Assembly (NCBI GenBank): GCA_041688155.1 | Contig: JBDNIW010000014.1 | Location: 9,517-73,516, forward strand | Direction: 5' to 3' | Length of the DNA stretch: 64,000 bases | Source of the DNA: Minisyncoccota bacterium | GTDB lineage: Bacteria; Patescibacteriota; Minisyncoccia; Phycocordibacterales; UBA918 | Part shown: positions 61,604 to 64,000 of the stretch, piece by piece | Layout: the number at the start of each line of letters is the position of its first letter | Position numbering within the stretch: position 1 is the first letter of the stretch | The notes under the pieces: model-generated | What the model saw: the letters and a program-made list of their open reading frames with translations, nothing else | Database searches by the model: none | What the model was told of the DNA's origin: nothing | Translations under genes and position numbers: made by a program

Positions 61604-62940
61604 TTTCAAAGTTTCTGTTCACGCTAGAAAGTGGCTGGAAACAAGTCCGGTCCAATTCAAAACTGTTGTTCATTGTGGTCATTTTGTTTGTATTTCCACT
61701 GCTTATTATGTTGGTCATGCAACAGTTTAATGCGGTTGCTACGGCCAATATTCAAACCGCTGAATTCAAGCGAACTGATACGCTTCACAGCTCGGTTTCA
61801 GCTGTACTGCGAGCCAGTGACATGGGAACCGTTAATCGCTTGGTGCAGGATCTAGCTGCTGACTCGGCGGATTTGACTAGCTTGCGCGTGTATGTGGCTT
61901 CGGATGCAAACGTAGTCGAAATCGTCGCTTCTTCTGATTTGACTGAACTAAATGCTACGTCAACCCTATCCACGGTTTTGCAGTTAGGTAAAGTTGAGTT
62001 TGACCAGACGTTTACGGTACCACTCATAATTGCAACGGGACGGATTGAGCAAGCCGTACGATATGTTGAGACTACTAAGCAGAGTTATTACATATTTTCG
62101 GAATACTCTAGAGCCCAGACAGACACAGTGTTGAACCAAAGAACCCAGGACTCGTACTTACTCCTGACACTTATTTTTAGTTTTTTGATTGGTCTTGCCT
62201 ACTGGATTAACCGCCAATCTGATTGGGAAAAGCGACACAACAAAATCAAAACCACACTCGACGAACGTGATTTATTTACTACTATGATTGCGCATGAATT
62301 CCGTACACCACTAACTGCCATCAAGGGCTACGCCAGTTTCCTACAAGAATCAACCACGATGTTACCGGAGGAAATCCGATTCGCAGACACTATTCGAGAG
62401 TCAGCGGAACGGCTAGTGTTACTAGTGAATGACTTTTTGGAAATTGCTCGCATCCAGTCAGGCAAACTGACAATCGAAACAAAACCAGTAGACGTTCGCT
62501 CCCAGATACAAACAGTCACGACGTCGCTTGCAAAAGAAGCCAACACAAAAGGTCTGCAGTTGATATATACTCCGAACCTACAACCACAGATACTCGTCAC
62601 TGATGCAAATCGCTTTGTACAAATCCTCGCCAACATTGTTAGTAATTCAATCAAGTATACCGACAAAGGTACGGTTGAGATCAGTAGCGAGATGGAGCGA
62701 GCCGGTCTGGTGATTAGAATCAAAGACACTGGTATGGGGATAAGCGCTGAGGATCAAAAGCGTCTGTTTGCGCCATTTGCTCGAGTGGGCGGGGTAGACA
62801 AAACCACCACCACTGGCACCGGACTAGGGATGTGGATCACAAAACAAATGATTGAACTACTTCATGGCACGATTGCGGTTGAGTCGATTAAAGGTGTTGG
62901 TACTCATATTGTGCTGCGTTTCAAACAGTCAGAGCGGTAG
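61600..62940 (+). CDS. Membrane sensor histidine kinase
   Basis: Two TMs, AHEFRTPL H-box, NIVSNSIKYT, DTGMG, GTGLG. Confidence 0.95.
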   Translation: MISKFLFTLESGWKQVRSNSKLLFIVVILFVFPLLIMLVMQQFNAVATANIQTAEFKRTDTLHSSVSAVLRASDMGTVNRLVQDLAADSADLTSLRVYVASDANVVEIVASSDLTELNATSTLSTVLQLGKVEFDQTFTVPLIIATGRIEQAVRYVETTKQSYYIFSEYSRAQTDTVLNQRTQDSYLLLTLIFSFLIGLAYWINRQSDWEKRHNKIKTTLDERDLFTTMIAHEFRTPLTAIKGYASFLQESTTMLPEEIRFADTIRESAERLVLLVNDFLEIARIQSGKLTIETKPVDVRSQIQTVTTSLAKEANTKGLQLIYTPNLQPQILVTDANRFVQILANIVSNSIKYTDKGTVEISSEMERAGLVIRIKDTGMGISAEDQKRLFAPFARVGGVDKTTTTGTGLGMWITKQMIELLHGTIAVESIKGVGTHIVLRFKQSER

Positions 62941-62980
62941 GGCTGGAACAATCAGCCAATCAAACGTATACTAACGCTTT

Positions 62981-64000
62981 ATGCCCACTGAAAATCACCC
63001 AAAACCCAAGAAAACCAGCACTAATTGGAGCGACGACACCACCAAAGACCAAAAAATCATCGTCAAAGGGGCTCGTACGCACAACCTCAAGAACATCGAC
63101 GTTGAAATGCCGCGCGGCAAAATGATTGCTATTACTGGGCCATCAGGGTCAGGTAAATCGTCGTTGGCGTTTGATACTATTTTTGCTGAGGGCCAGCGCC
63201 GGTACGTCGAGTCGCTCTCACCCTATGCGCGGCAGTTTTTGAACAAAATGCAAAAGCCTGACGTCGATGAGATCAGCGGACTATCGCCAGCCATCTCAAT
63301 CGATCAAAAATCAGCCAGTCGCAACCCGCGCTCGACCGTGGCCACCATTACTGAGATCTATGACTACCTCCGGATCGTCTACGCGCGCATTGGACAGCCG
63401 TATTGTTTAGATGTTGACGTGCCAATTCAAAAACTCTCCCAAGACGAGATTCTTGGTATCGTACTCAAGTCAATCGAAGACAACGAGGTCAAATCTGCCC
63501 AGAAAAAAGAACGCGTGATGGGGATTGAAGTCAGCAAAGGTCGAGTATCTATTTTTTCACCACTGGTGGTCGGACGCAAAGGTGAGTACTACCAATTGCT
63601 CTACGACCTACTTGGCAAAGGCTACGAAACAGTCAAAATCGACGGCCAGATCAAGCAGTTGCGTGAGAAAATTATCTTGACCAAGACTAAACGTCACGAC
63701 ATTGACGTTCTGATTGACGAGATCTACGTCAGCGAGTTTACCGATGACAACAAAGGTTCTCGTGAGCGCCTGAGCGAAGCCGTCGAACTAGCACTAGCAG
63801 AATCCAACGGACTGGTCAAAATTGAGAGCCCAGACGGCTCCAATCGCACCCTGTCAGCCAAATTCATTTGTCCGATTGACGGATCGTCGTTTCCTGAAGT
63901 TGAACCGAGACTGTTCTCTTTTAACTCGCCGTACGGCGCTTGTCCTGAATGTAACGGCCTAGGAACGGTTGGTATTTTTCAAAGTGATGAGTGTCAAAGC
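62981..64000 (+). CDS. uvrA: Excinuclease ABC subunit A, 5' part (runs off window end)
   Basis: Manual translation: [55 protein letters not shown]. Confidence 0.97.
   Translation, partial: MPTENHPKPKKTSTNWSDDTTKDQKIIVKGARTHNLKNIDVEMPRGKMIAITGPSGSGKSSLAFDTIFAEGQRRYVESLSPYARQFLNKMQKPDVDEISGLSPAISIDQKSASRNPRSTVATITEIYDYLRIVYARIGQPYCLDVDVPIQKLSQDEILGIVLKSIEDNEVKSAQKKERVMGIEVSKGRVSIFSPLVVGRKGEYYQLLYDLLGKGYETVKIDGQIKQLREKIILTKTKRHDIDVLIDEIYVSEFTDDNKGSRERLSEAVELALAESNGLVKIESPDGSNRTLSAKFICPIDGSSFPEVEPRLFSFNSPYGACPECNGLGTVGIFQSDECQS

Overview
Bacterial chromosome segment in genetic code 11. Gene content and style (compact genes, FeS-less MutY, class II photolyase, many secreted and membrane proteins, no biosynthetic pathways) suggest Patescibacteria/CPR, probably Parcubacteria; this assignment is inference. 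Housekeeping genes include rnj, secG, groES/groEL, lemA/htpX, tRNA-Ser(GGA), typA, a pseudouridine synthase, umuD/umuC, tgt, uvrB and the start of uvrA. Strongest candidates for undescribed biology: (1) a tRNA-Ser-anchored mini-island of two ~150-bp structured repeats built from the tRNA's own 3' end. They enclose two AT-rich ORFs (one with a HEPN-like motif) bounded by an 11-7-11 recombinase-like palindrome and its partial copies, and the full palindrome also supplies a promoter. (2) A three-gene operon: DUF1704/MATCAP-like peptidase, 7TM protein and ATP-grasp ligase fused to a retropepsin, resembling a peptide-tag writer/eraser system. (3) A RAYT transposase flanked by a 24-bp perfect palindrome, with a third copy 19 kb away at the deletion point of a pseudogene. 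(4) A partly decayed WxL-like/DUF916/dockerin surface cluster whose subunit genes have long structured leaders, in a region where many other genes look leaderless. All family calls come from motif recognition by eye; no searches were run.
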